Assembly (NCBI GenBank): GCA_951406725.2 | Contig: OX597820.1 | Span: forward strand, 108,128,001-108,192,000 | DNA from: Octopus vulgaris | Taxonomy: Eukaryota | Length of the DNA: 64,000 nucleotides | Reading direction: 5' to 3' | Part shown: positions 23,760 through 36,169 of the stretch, piece after piece | Position numbering within the stretch: the first letter of the stretch is position 1 | How the letters are laid out: every line of letters starts with the position of its first letter | The notes under the pieces: model-generated | The model's database searches: none | Told to the model about the DNA's origin: nothing | Seen by the model: the letters and a program-made list of their open reading frames with translations, nothing else | Made by a program: the position numbers and the translations under genes

Positions 23760-24450
23760 AACCCCTCAATCTCCCTAAAAGTAAAGATGGCAAGGATGGA
23801 GGCACGGGTGCTGATGAAAGATGTCACCCCCACTTGGTAGACACCCAGGACATCAAAGAGGATTCAAGTGAGATACCTGCCCGGGAAGTAAACCCAAGTG
23901 CAAATGCCCCTACCAGCACCAAAAACCAAAACCATGGAGATGAAAGAGCCAAAGAAGGAAAATCTAAAACTCAAAGAAAGCCAAAAGATGAAACAGCCAA
24001 GGATAGAAGCAGACCTGACTATCCATATAGCAAAAAGGATAGAAAGCGACTGCGCACACGAATGTGTAAATTCTACCTGAAAGGTGTCTGCCGGCATGGA
24101 GAGGAAGGTGCAGGCTGCTGTTTTGCACACCAAATACCCTGCCACATAAACATGAAACGGCAGAAACCAACTACCAAAAGGAAAAGGAATGGACCATGCA
24201 CCACCTGCCCCAAAACAGAGGTACGCAGATGTACTGCGTGCTACAAACCACCAACATGTTACTGAAAGGGCAGCTGCTGAACAAGAATCTTTTTTGTGCA
24301 TGGCACAAAAGATTGTACAGCAGCTAACCTGGCTCCATCAAACTCAATCTCGCAGATGGGACTATCCACAATACACAAGACCGCCACAGCAAATAGACCC
24401 CAGGTGGATACCACCGGCAACAGCACACACATCACCTCGATGCTCCTACT
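23760..24450 (+). mobile_element. Probable LINE ORF1 remnant with a CCCH zinc finger
   Basis: ORF 23834-24265 contains CKFYLKGVCRHGEEGAGCCFAH (C-x7-C-x8-C-x3-H), followed by a frameshifted Pro/Gln-rich tail. Assignment to CR1/L2 ORF1 is inference. Confidence 0.5.
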
Positions 24451-24459
24451 GAACAAAGT

Positions 24460-25220
24460 GCGATAGAGGGTAGAGAAGAAATAAGGAAAGAAAGTGTTTA
24501 TGTATTTAGAGAGATTGAGAGCAGAGAGAAGATAAGAAGAGAGTAGGAGAGAGTGAGAGGGGAGAGTTCGCGTCTATATATTTAGAAAAATTGAGTGGCT
24601 GAGAGAGAAAAGATGGTGTGACAGAGAGAAGTGGAGAAGTGAAGAGACAGAAAAAGAAGCGTGTGGGAGAGAAGTGAAGAGACAGAGAGAGAAAGAAATG
24701 AAAGAGAGGAGGTTATGCAAAAGATTGAGCGGCTGAAAGAAGATAAGAAGTAAGAGAGAGTCTATATATTTAGGAAGATTGAGAGGCTGAGAGAAGAAAG
24801 ATGGTGTGATAGAGAAAGAGAGGAAGTGATGCAAAAGATAGAGCGGCTGAGAGAAGCTAATAAGAAAGTGAGAGTCTATAGATTTAGGAATATTGAGCGG
24901 CTGAGAGAAGAAAGATGGTGTGATAGAGAGAAGTGAAGAGACAGAGAAAGAGAGGAGGTTATTCAACAAATAAATGTATATCTATCTGCCACTATGAAGT
25001 TTTCTTCTAAGCTAATTATAAATATCTATCTCTCCTTCATGAGAGACGTGAAGGAGAGAAGAGAAGAGACAGAGAGAGAAAGAAATGAAAGAGAGGAGGT
25101 TGTGCAACAAATAAATATATATCTATCTGCAGCTACGAAAGTTTTCTTCTGAACTATTTACGACTATATTTCTAATGTTCGCGTTTATATATTTAGGAAG
25201 ATTGAGAGGCTGAGTAAAAA
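24460..25220. repeat. GA-rich degenerate tandem repeat
   Basis: Recurrent ATATTTAG(G)AA.ATTGAG.GGCTGAGAGAAGAAAGATGGTGTGA units at ~24575, 24765, 24880 and 25190. Confidence 0.75.
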
Positions 25221-25224
25221 TATA

Positions 25225-25606
25225 TATATATATGTATATAAATAAAGCAACAAATAAATATATGCCTATCTAAAATTGAATAATTTTAAAGAGATGTATT
25301 GAGAAATTGACAAAAACGGAGCTGAAGCAGAAATTGAAAGATTATTAACAGAATGTAAACAGAGAATAGGTCCTTACATTGAATTACGGGAGATTAAACA
25401 AATGAAAAGGGGTACTTATCTTATAAGAGGAAGAAGTTCCAAAATTGTCTCTCTATACGAAGAGGTTTTCTTTCAAAAAAGAAAAGAAAAACCGTTCTTT
25501 TTGCTTGTTACTGTCGATTGGAAATAAACTTAAGAGATGTCACCACGTGCTTTTTTCGACGGGAAATCTGGCGTGCGTAATTAACTTTAGTGTATTATAT
25601 TTGGCT
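25225..25606 (+). repeat. Right copy of the ~350-bp inverted repeat (partner 14721-15070)
   Basis: ...TCTGGCGTGCGTAATTAACTTTAGTGTATTATATTTGGCT is the reverse complement of 14721 onward. Confidence 0.85.
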
Positions 25607-25619
25607 ATTATATTTGCAC

Positions 25620-26487
25620 ACTGGTACCATTTCCAGTAAGGCAACACTGGTAATGATCACGCTCGAATGGTGCTATTTCTGTGCCACCGGCATGAATGCC
25701 AGTTAGCCGCTCTGGCAATGATCATGCTTGGATGGTTTGCTTTGATTTCGATTTAACTTGCCTCAACAGGTCTTTCGCAAGCAGTGTCCAATGAACGGAA
25801 GGTTCGCACGAGTGGGCTGGCATAGGCCATGAGGTTATGGTCTCATTTGGCTTGCCGGCTTTTCCCAAGCACAGCATATTTCCAAAAGTCTCGGTCACTA
25901 ATGATTGCCTCAGTGAGGCCTAAAGTTCGAAGGTCGTGCTTCACTACTTCATCCCAGGTCTTCCTGGGTCTACCTGTTCCACAGGTTCCCTCAAGTGCTT
26001 GGGTGTGGCACTTTTTCACACAGCTATACTCATCCATTCTCACCACATGACCATACCAGCGCAGTCGTCTCTCTTGCACACCACATCTGATGCTTCTTAG
26101 GTCGTACTTCTCTGTCGAGTATGCACACTGACATTACACATCCATTGGATCATACTGGCTTCATTCTTTGTGAGCCTACACATGTCCTCAGCAGTCACTG
26201 CCCATGTTTCACTGCCATGTAGCATGGCTGTTCGTACACATACGTCATACAGTCTACCTTCTACTCTGAGCGAGAGGCCCTTTGTCACCAGCAAAGATAA
26301 GAGCTCTCTGAACTTTGCCCAGGCTATTCTTATTCTAGCAGCTACACTTTCAGCGCACCCTTCCCTGCTACTGACTTGGTCACCCAGGTAACGGAAGCTA
26401 TCAACTACTTCTAGTTTTTCTCCCTGGAATGTGACGGAAGTTGTTCTCTGCATATTTTCAGTGTTTGTTGCTCCTGAGCATCTGCCA
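25620..26487 (-). mobile_element. RTE-clade LINE fragment (RT C-terminus and part of 3' UTR)
   Basis: ORFs 26097-26516 and 25843-26079 carry FRYLG, LHGSETW, RRLRWYGHV and GRPRKTW. Confidence 0.9.
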
Positions 26488-26613
26488 TGAAGGTTGCAAA
26501 TTGCTTCAACCAACATTCCAAAAGTAGTGAAAGGTCCCTCCTAGAAACAACTCTGATGGAGATTGAAAAAAGCCTGCAACAATCCTATGTAAGAGAGGGA
26601 GAGAGGAGACAAA

Positions 26614-27313
26614 CTAGAAAACTCAAATACAAAAGGGCGTTACTTTTTCCTCACACGATGTATTGTATATGTATTATATGTAATAAATTACCATTAATAA
26701 GATGCCTGTTGAAATATGAAATATTTTGCACCAAATTTCGACATTTTTCAAAAATTTAAAATCTATATTAATGGGTAGGACCAATTTGATGAAGAAATGA
26801 GCAGAGTCTCGTAGTGAACCCACGTGGTCATTTTTGTGCATGTGCATAGAATGATGAAATTTTACACTTTGGGGCAGATTTTGTCAAATTGATGACACGA
26901 TAGCTAGTGTGCAAAATGCTTAAGTGTTGCTTGAGAAATAAAATACTCTTACCTATTCAAAACCTGAAACACTGTGCAATTAAAACAATGAATTGAAATA
27001 ATAAGTTTTTGCAAATGAAAACAATTTGCATTGAAATAAAGAATTAGCAAATGCTAAATTGATTACTATTAATAAGCTTTCTGTTTAAAGCCATGAAACA
27101 CTTTTCGTCAAATTGATGTTATGATGGCTAGCGTGAAAAATGTTGAAATTTTATGATTTTTGAAAAATCGATGCTGATTAAAAATTGATTTTATAAAAAT
27201 TCCAAGTGCGTAAGTGAACCTATGTCAGGTTTCATCAAGGTCTGTTGGATAGTCTCAGAGGAGTTAAAGTAACAAATTCACAAACACAATCTTGCCATTT
27301 TTTTTATTGTAGA
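26614..27313 (-). mobile_element. Probable non-autonomous Helitron (degenerate)
   Basis: Minus-strand A|TCTACAATAAAA...CTAG|T. The terminal region (GGAGTTA...CAAACACAA...TTTTATTGTAGAT on +) resembles the 13.7-kb Helitron end. Hairpin is weak. Confidence 0.45.
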
Positions 27314-27429
27314 TATATGGTATGTATGTTCATATCGGTGTCCTTTCATGTACTAAATACCCATGCAAGGCTTTGTATATGATTGTTAAATGAAGGTTAC
27401 TAATTTTCTTTTGCTTTCTTTCTATCCAG

Positions 27430-27489
27430 GTAGAATCCATTATTCGACAAAGAGATATGTACCGAGTTCTGTATCAGGAATCTACTCAT
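27430..27489 (+). CDS. TPR: Nucleoprotein TPR, exon 5 in window
   Basis: cag|GTA...CAT|gtaag; VESIIRQRDMYRVLYQESTH, the hallmark TPR/Mlp RQRDMYR motif. Confidence 0.95.
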
Positions 27490-28499
27490 GTAAGCTTTTA
27501 CCAGATAAGTGATCATTGCCTTAAGTGGAATAAACAAAGTAAAATTTTAATTTTTAAGAAATGTATTGCAAAAATGAAGTGCTGAAAGACATGCATAAAA
27601 CAGATTTTTGTAATATTTGCTCTTCTTATTCCTTGAAACTTATTTCATGTGACACTGTTTTCCAGTGCAGGGTTTCTTGCTGATTAATTAACAGGGATGG
27701 AAGACTTGAAAAATAGCGATGTTCCACCAATTACAATAGGCCAGTCTCCTCACAGATCTGCAACTCTTTATTTAAATTCCAGGGACCTCATACATGCGTA
27801 TGCACTTCAAAATTGGATTATGTACAAACCAACTCACCTCAGTTGTAATTAGTATCAGTTATCTAACATGTACAAACACAGCACCTGATCTGTAGCCCGG
27901 ACCAGGGCTGTAATGTACACAAATACCCCACCTGATCTATAACTAGGCTATTTAGTGTAATATATGCCAAATCACCTGTCTGTAAAACCAACCTATAATT
28001 TGGGCCACTATATAACAAGCATATTTTAACACCTCGCCACACAGAGTACAAATCAGATGTTCAGATAAGCAACTTTGTTTTCCAACCTAGGACACATCTA
28101 AAACCTCTTTTTCAGCACAAATTATAATTACTTTATTATTTCATTTTATTATCTTTCTGTGTAAACACAGTTTCGTCTTTCACGCTGTATTTTTAGAGAA
28201 AAAACTTAAGATCCCTATGCTCAACCCAACTCTCTCTTTCTCGCTCATTTATTATTGTCATTTATTCATTCATTTATCTAATAAAAAAACTGTTGGTTAT
28301 AGCTCTAGTTAAGAATGCAAATGCCCAATTCTATCTCATTACTATTCTTTCACACCGACAACCTGAGTTTTTGCTGTTTCGTGGTACACCTGCCCTTCCT
28401 ACTGTACCAAAAGTCTTTTTCCTCTGTCTTCTATCAAATGTCTTTCCCATGAACACCTCCAAAGGCTTAATGTTCTCCCATCCCTACTTTGGGTTTTAT

Positions 28500-31400
28500 C
28501 TCCTTTGTAATGTAGTGATTATATACAGGTTGCAGGCTGTTGTATGTTTATAAATTCTGCCAAATGCGAGCTTTCTTTTCAGGTACGTGTCACTACTGTC
28601 CCCCATCCCATGATCTTGCGGGCCCACACCTCCCACACCCTCAGAGTTGGTATACTTAATGTTGGCACACTGAAAAGTAGGTTTGGTGAGATTGCTGAGA
28701 TGCTTGAACAGAGGCATGTAGATTTGTGCTGCATCCAAGAAGTAAGGTGGAGAGGAAGTTCTGCTAGGTTCTTCACAGGCAAAGAACATAGGTATAAGAA
28801 TTTCTGGGCAGGGAATACTGATGGGGTTAGGGGCGTGGGTATACTTCTTGCGGAGGAATGGGTTGATAAGGTAATCAAGGTAGTGAGAGTCTGCGATAGA
28901 ATACCTAACATCAGATAAGTGCTGCACATGGATTAGCAACCATTATCTTGGCTTATACCCCTCAGCCAGGGCTACATGATGAACAGAAAGACCGATTTTA
29001 CAACATCCTCTTGCAGACTACCAAGCTTTGTGGCTTGGCGACTTCAATGGGCATGTTGGACAACATGCAGCGGGCTTCCATGGTATACACGGAGGCTATG
29101 TATTTGGTTCCCACATTAAGGATGGAGCAAAGTCCCCTCTCAACCCAAGATAATGTGGTGGTGGAAAAATATAGTTGAGAGGGTTATTAAGGAAAAGAAA
29201 CAGGCATGGAAGGACTGGAAAAACGGTGGTAGCAGGGAATTATATCAGATTGCCAGAAGGGAAGCTAGGCAACAGGTTTACTTAACCAGAGGGGAAGCAG
29301 ATAAGAAAAAAATTGCCAATGTTCTGCGTCGTGCGGACCAAATACTTGAAGTGTTTCATGTTGCAAGACAGTGTGGGAGAGAGAGAATCATGATGTTGTA
29401 GGAGACAAATGTGTCTGCATGGATGATGGCTCACTTGAATTTAATGAGGTTGCAAACAGAGACTTGGAGATGCCACTATGAAAGGTTGCTAAATGAAGAG
29501 AATGAATAGGAGAAAGAGAGTCTGCTGAATGTCGACCCAACAGAAGGACCAGCTATCTAAATTGACAGTAGATAAAGCAATGAAGGGTATGGAGACAGGG
29601 AAAGCCCCTCCGGCTCATCAGGAATCACCGCAGAGATGCTTAACATATCTCACAGTGTCAGCTTATAGGCTAGTCACCTGTATAGTTAACCAGGTGATAC
29701 ACGAAGGAGTCGTACCCAATGACTGGTGTAGCAGCACCGTCATCAACTGCTACAAAATTAAAGGGAATGCTTTAGATACAAATAATTGCAGAGGTATCAA
29801 GTTGTTGGATCAGGTAATGAAAGTCAGGGAGAGAGTTAGTTTAGATGAGATGCAGTTTGGGTTTGTGCCAGGAAAAAGCAGCACTGATGCTATATTTCTA
29901 GTAAGACAGCTGTAGTTATACCTCTGTATCTGGCTTTTGTTCACATGGAGAAAGCCTTTGACAGAGTCCCCGGATCCCTTATCTGGTGGTCAATGGGAAA
30001 ACTAGGTATAGATTAAAGGTTAGTGAGAGCTATACAAGCCATGTACTGGGATGGTGTCAATAAGGTGAGAGTTGAAACGAGCATAGTGAAAAATTTGAGG
30101 TAGGTGTACAGGTCCACCAAGGATCAGTCCTCAGCCCTCTCTTATTCATCATAGTCCTCCAGGCAATAACAGAGGAATCCTGGCTAACCCTGGGAGCTCC
30201 TCTATGCTGATGACCTTGCTCTAATAGCTGAGTCACTGTCAGAACTAGAAAAGTTTCAGGTGTGGAAGCAAGGTCTAGAATAGAAGGGCCCTAGGGTTAA
30301 CCTAGCAAAAACCAAAGTCTTAGTAAATAGGAAGGCAGTCAAATCCCAAATCCTTTCAGATAAATGGCCCTGCTTGATCTGTAGAAAAAGCATGAGTAGA
30401 AACTCCATAGGATGTACCCGGTGTAAGCTATGGACACAAGAGGTGCAGCAATATCAAAGGAATGCTTACTGGGAAGATAGTTTTTGTGTGGCAAATGCTC
30501 AGGGACAATAAACACTGAAGATGTGCAGAAAACAGCTTCCATCACATGGCATGGGGATAAAATAGTAGTAGTTGATAGCTTCCATTACCTAGGCAGCCAA
30601 ATAAGTAGCAGGGCTGGATGCTATGAGAGTGTAGCTGCTAAGAATAGCATGGGCAAAGTTCAGAGATCTACCTCTGCTACTGACAACGAGCCTGTCACTA
30701 AGAGTAAAAGGTAGGCTGTATGACACTAGTGTGTGAACAGCCATGCTACATGGCAGTAAAACATGGGCTGTGACTGCTGAGCACATGCATAAGCTTGCAA
30801 GAAATGAAGCTAGTATGCTCTGCTGGATGTGTAATGTCAGTGTGCATATACGATAGTGTGTGAGCGCCCTGGGAGAAAAGTTGGAGCTAAGAAGCATCAG
30901 ATGTGGTGTGCAAGAGAGACGACTGCGTCGGTATGGTCATGTGTTGTGGACAGCCGTATAAAAAAGTGTCACAGCCTAGCAGTAGAGGGAACCTGTGGAA
31001 GGGGTAGACTCAAGAAGACCTAGGATGAGGTGGTGAAGCATGACCTTCAAATGTTGGGCCTCACAGAGGCGATAACAAGTGACCGAGACCTGGCAAGCCA
31101 AGTGAGACTGTAACCATGGCGCATGACAGTGCAGCATAACCAGCCCATTTAAGAGTACCCTTCAATCATTGGGCTATAAACTGCGCTTGTGATGACTTAA
31201 GTGAAGTAAAGTTATTGTCATGGCCAATGCCAGTACCGCCTGATTGGTACCTATTGCAGTGGCATGTAAAAAGCACCATTCGATGCCAGTGCTGCCTGAC
31301 TGGGCCAGTACTGGTGGCATGTAAACCCACCATTTGAGTATGGTTATTGCCAGTGCCGTTTAACTGGCTCCCATGCTGGTGGCATGTAAAAAGCACCATT

Positions 31401-31600
31401 TGAGAGTGGTCGATGCCAGTGCACCTGACAAGCACCCACTACATTGTCGGAGTGATTGGCATTAGGAAGGACATCCAGCTGTTGAAGGGCGTCCAGATCA
31501 GATTTGAGTCTGGTGCAGCCTTCTGGTTTGCCAGACTGTCAGTCAAACCGTCCAACCCATGCGAGCAGGGAAAGCGAATGTTAAACGATGACGACGATGG
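28500..31600 (+). mobile_element. RTE-clade LINE, near full length, decayed, sense to TPR
   Basis: Fragmented ORFs: HTLRVGILNVGTL, CIQEVRW, WWWKN, MQFGFVPGKSSTDAIF, LLYADDL at ~30200, LHGSKTW, GRLKKT*DEVVKHDL. Tail TTAAACGATGACGACGATG. Many stops and deletions. Confidence 0.9.
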
Positions 31601-31726
31601 TGACAAACCACCCAGCCATCCAACAAAATCTACTTTATGTTGATTCTTTTTAATTAATCTCACCAATTACTTCATTATACTGTCCATTACATGTCTGTTA
31701 TACTTTCATTTATTTATATATGTTAG

Positions 31727-31944
31727 GTTTCAAATGTCCAGACAGCAACACCAGTACGAGGACATGGCCGAGGCAGTTACAGGGCACGTGGAAAGTACCA
31801 GCAGACTCCTCAAAGCATGCCTGCTACCCCTTTTAACCCTTTTAGCCCTAATAAGGACAAAGAACTGGAAGACATGAAGATGGCTCTCCAAGAACTGCAA
31901 ACAGAGTATGCCACTTACAAACGAGAAAAGGGAGAGAATGACAA
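31727..31944 (+). CDS. TPR: Nucleoprotein TPR, exon 6 in window
   Basis: tag|GTT...AA|gtaaac; VSNVQTATPVRGHGRGSYRARGKYQQTPQSMPATPFNPFSPNKDKELEDMKMALQELQTEYATYKREKGENDK (cf. TPR YKKEKAENEK). Confidence 0.9.
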
Positions 31945-32560
31945 GTAAACAATTTTTTTCCTAAATTTTTCTTGTTTTATTTTAGAACAGATTGGTAAGG
32001 GAATAAGTTCATTGATGTCTTGGCAGTGAATGAACATGTGGTCACTGCTATGATCTAGAATCTTCTAAAATTGTAGCTATGCTTGTTGTTCAATTTTCGG
32101 TAATTCACCTGTTAATCATAGATGTTCAATACATTGGTAGCCTCTTTAGTAGATAGTGCTTTGATATCTTGTGAATTTTGTGTGAACTATCATGTTGCTC
32201 AGTTTACTACAGTACTATATTTGTTGTCTCCACAACAGGTATACACTATCACTTGTAAGCTGTGATATCAAAGACATTCACACCTGAACTACTTAATAGT
32301 ACAGTTCACTTCAGGTCTTTGAGTCAGTTCACCTTCTCTTTACCATAGCTCTATCTCTTCTCCTCTCATTTTCCATTCATATATCAAACTACGCTGATGC
32401 TTAGCAGGTAAGTTTTTTTCAGTATTTAATCAAAAGTTCAACACTGTAAAGTATAGTGCCAATCTTGCAATACAAAATCACCACTTTTGAACCCATTCAT
32501 CCATTTAGTAACTTCCTGGATCTATATCTAAGTATTGCATTTTACTTACCCTTATTTCAG

Positions 32561-32639
32561 GATACTGAATGGTCAGCTTGAAAAATTACGTGGAGACATT
32601 TCTGACATGAGAGTTCAGAACACAAAACTTGCTTCACAG
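32561..32639 (+). CDS. TPR: Nucleoprotein TPR, exon 7 in window
   Basis: cag|G...CAG|gtaagt; ILNGQLEKLRGDISDMRVQNTKLASQ. Confidence 0.93.
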
Positions 32640-32677
32640 GTAAGTTACACTAATGAGTTAAGGTATTATTATTATTA

Positions 32678-32895
32678 AGGCAGCAAACTGGCAGAATAGT
32701 TAGCATGCTGGACAAAATGCTTAATTGCATTTTGTCCATCTTTATGTACTGATTGCAAATTCTTCCAAGATAGACTTTGTCTTTTATCCTTTTGGGGGAA
32801 TTGATAAAATAAGTACCAGTTGCAGGGGGGGGATATAATCAACTAGCCCCCTCCCTCAAAGTTTCATGTCTTGTGCCCACAGTAGAAAGAATTAT
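32678..32895 (+). mobile_element. Degenerate tRNA-derived SINE (related copies at ~44843-45030, ~47840-48260, ~50915-51130)
   Basis: A-box-like TGGCAGAATAGTTAGCA and a shared body TTGATAAAATAAGTACCAGT...CTTGTGCC...TAGAAA, ending in ATT repeats. Confidence 0.6.
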
Positions 32896-32943
32896 GATTA
32901 TTATCGTAGAAAACAGTATTATTTTAATTTTTACTGAAAGGTA

Positions 32944-33530
32944 TGAGGTCTGATCAATAAGTATCTAGATTGTTGCCATAGTAATGAAGCTAAAGCACGC
33001 AGAGTGAAGCCACTTGGCACAGATTGATCTTGATCTCTGATGTGCTTTAACGTTCTAGCTCCTAACAGTGCTTCGAAGGAAGGTGTGTAGTGTGTGATTG
33101 TCGCATTAATCATGACAGAGAAAGCTATCATGGCAATACCTGCTCAGAAGCCTACACAAAGTTGCAGAAAGTGTATGGTGAGGAGTGTATGAGCTGCACA
33201 GAAGTGTAAGAGTGGTTCAGATATTTCCAAGATGGCCAAAAAAAAGTGTCCATATTGATGAATGTTCTCAGACTCACAACGAGCAGAACTGAGAAAATCA
33301 TGAAATCACCATCCGTGAGTTATCAGGGGACGTGAAGATTAGTTACAGTTCAGTTCAGTCCATTATGACTAAAGATTTGGGTATGAGATGCATCTCTGCC
33401 ATGTTTGTTTCAAGACTGCTTTCAGCTGACCAAAATGACACTCGTGTTTCAGTTGCACAAGATCTCTTTGATTGTATTGAGAATGATGAAAAATCTTTTG
33501 AAAACTTTGACTAAGCCTCTGAGTAGGTAT
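32944..33530 (+). mobile_element. Mariner transposon 5' remnant
   Basis: TA + TGAGGTCTGATCAATAAGTATC terminus; HTH remnants SEAYTKLQKVYGEECMS..EWFRYFQDG and ISYSSVQSIMTKDLGMRCISAMFVSRLL. No right TIR seen. Confidence 0.7.
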
Positions 33531-33539
33531 CACCAAGCT

Positions 33540-34260
33540 TTTGGGAAAATTTGACGCAGATTGTCTGTTCAACTTACAGTGAATTCTGGGGTTAAATTTA
33601 CATACTACACAGTTCTCATTAGTGCATGTGGTATTTTTGAGGGACTAAGTCCTACATAATTGTGATCTAATGGAGCTCCCTGACTTCTCAACAATCTTAA
33701 TGTTGAGTTTGGTGTCCTTCAGGGTCTTCCTAAATCTATGTGCTAATTTCCCCATGAGATGTGGCCTCTACAAACATCACTCCTTGATATTTATCAGCCC
33801 TGTACCATGTGTTCTCTCTGTTTGCTTTGTCACAAATTTTCTATATACTATTCCAGTCTTCACTTCAGTATCTAGGATGGGTACCACTGGCATCATTACT
33901 TGTGTTGTTATCTGATATCTTTTTGGCTCTCCTGTATACTTGAATCCTGTGGATCTAGTTGCATCCAGAGAATTGCACGCAGTACATGAAGTCTTGTTTA
34001 TATCTCTTTGCTTCATTGAGTTAGTATGGTGGGGACATATTCATTATTCTAAGTCTGCTATTGGTATGCTTATTTTCATGTTGGAGTGGAGAAACTGTAC
34101 TCTGTTGTTTACCGTCTATAACCGAAGTTCAGTGTCAAGGACAGGTTGCCTGGTTGGGTAATCTATAGTTACCTTGATACTTTGGTGGATGGAGTTTGCT
34201 ACATACTGGATGCTCTCCGGTATGCTCTGCTGTCTCCTCAGTTACAGTTGCAGAGGATTG
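33540..34260 (-). mobile_element. Old CR1/L2-type LINE 3' remnant
   Basis: Minus-strand degenerate peptides resembling the C-terminal part of the 9.7-10.9 kb LINE. Weak similarity judged by eye. Confidence 0.4.
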
Positions 34261-35306
34261 TCATCATCATTTAATGTCCATCTTCCATGCTGACATAGGT
34301 TGGACAGTTCGACAGGAGCCAGCCTGTCATCTACATACCTGTGAAATAAAACTCACACTACACATATATTAATGATTCACAATACAAATTAATCAAACTT
34401 GAACACACATCTTACAGGTAAATTAAAATTGTAGGTAAATGAAAGATAAAAACAAGGTAAATTTGAAAAGATATTTATAAATGAAACACACACACACACA
34501 CAAAACCTATATTCCTAAAAATGTTCAGATTTCTAGTGTTGTTCCAAGCATGTGTTATACCACAAACCATCTCTTTTTCCCTCTTTATGTTCTGTGTAAC
34601 AATTCATTTCCACAGTTATTGTTTCAAAGGAAAAAGTACAAAAATGATCTAACAGTTTCTATTCCTTGGAGAGACTGTGGTTTGATTTAATATCTTCCTA
34701 AAAATAACTAAAAAAAATAATTTTAAAATTCTTACGATGTTCTTGTGCAAATTCACTCTTGTTTTATCACTATCAGAACTTTTGTCAGTATTGTTTCAGT
34801 ATAGGGATTTATGAATCACTATAGAAATATCCAATTTATAATCAACACAAACTTTTTTGTTTTTCATGTTTCTTTTCTATCTTCTTTTGAAACTCCTTTG
34901 AATTGAAACTCACTGCTTGACAACATGAAACTGATATCCATTTTTCATCCATAGTGAAATATTTCAGAAAATTAAAATGGAAAAAAGTGGTTGATAAAAA
35001 AGCTCTCTAAAAATTTGCAGTCTTCAGATATGTAAAATGTCAGATAGTGTAACTCAATTGTTTATAGAGTGAAATAACAAGTTTTCATGAATGTAGTAAT
35101 GAGATTTCTGCTGAAATTCACATTAAAACATGAATAATCATTTTGAGTGGTTATGGATGTTTTGGTAACATTAACCAAAATTTTGGTGGGGCATCTATGG
35201 GCCAAAGGGTTAATCCCTTAACTCCCTTCTGATAAATCAAATTATAGGCCTATGATTTTTGTTCTGTGTTTGACTTCTGAGAGTTTATTTATTTTCATCT
35301 TTTAAG

Positions 35307-35450
35307 CTTGATTTTGCAACTGAACGCTACAAAGTTTTGCAGAATAACTCTGAGTGTTACCGTAAAGAGATCAACATCCTTAAAGAGCAAAATAAGAAGT
35401 GCTCTACGCAATGTGTAGATTTAGAGAAAAATGTTAGCGTCTTGCACTCG
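35307..35450 (+). CDS. TPR: Nucleoprotein TPR, exon 8 in window
   Basis: aag|CTT...TCG|gtaagt; LDFATERYKVLQNNSECYRKEINILKEQNKKCSTQCVDLEKNVSVLHS (cf. TPR [22 protein letters not shown]). Confidence 0.93.
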
Positions 35451-36169
35451 GTAAGTTAACCTTTTACTTTTTAATTATCTTTTTAGTTTTTCATATTATT
35501 AACAGAGCAGTTGATCCATTTGAACTTCTTTGTGTGTCTAGTGCATGTGTAGAACCGAAACTGAGTAGATGTTCATTCAAACACTGTATAAATTTCAGTT
35601 TATCTCAATCATTTCAACCAACCAAGTCATTTGCTATCATTCTCTTTTGAAACAACTCATCTCAATTTACACAAAATATGCACTAACTCAGACAGAAACA
35701 CAAAACAACATGCTTCTATTCAGAAACAAACACACAGGGTTAAATTGGCACGGTCACAGAAACAAAGAACTGCATTGATGCAGTCATAAATTTCTACTCA
35801 GAAATACAAAGGTCTTCATTGATGGAGTTACAAACTTTCAGAAACATAAAAGATGTATTGATACAGTAACAGAATGAGGTAAATTTGAAAAACATATGGC
35901 CGCAGTCAAATGACTGAAACGAGTAAAAGAATGAAAGAATAAATCAAATTACACACACACACATCACACACACACACACACATCACACTATATTCTTAAA
36001 AGTGCTTGGATCTCTTCCTTGCATGTAGGAAACCACAGACTATCTTGTCTTCTTCTTTATGTTCTGTGTAATGATTCATTTCCACAGTAAACACTAATAA
36101 AGAGGGAGAAAAATAATCTTAACAGTTTTGTTTCGATGGAAAGACTGTGGCTTGGTTCAGTTTCTTCCT

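Noticed and set aside
23834-24265. Host CCCH zinc-finger gene or extra TPR exon
   Set aside because: No convincing splice sites, frameshifted, embedded among TEs, and TPR exons 4 and 5 join in frame without it.
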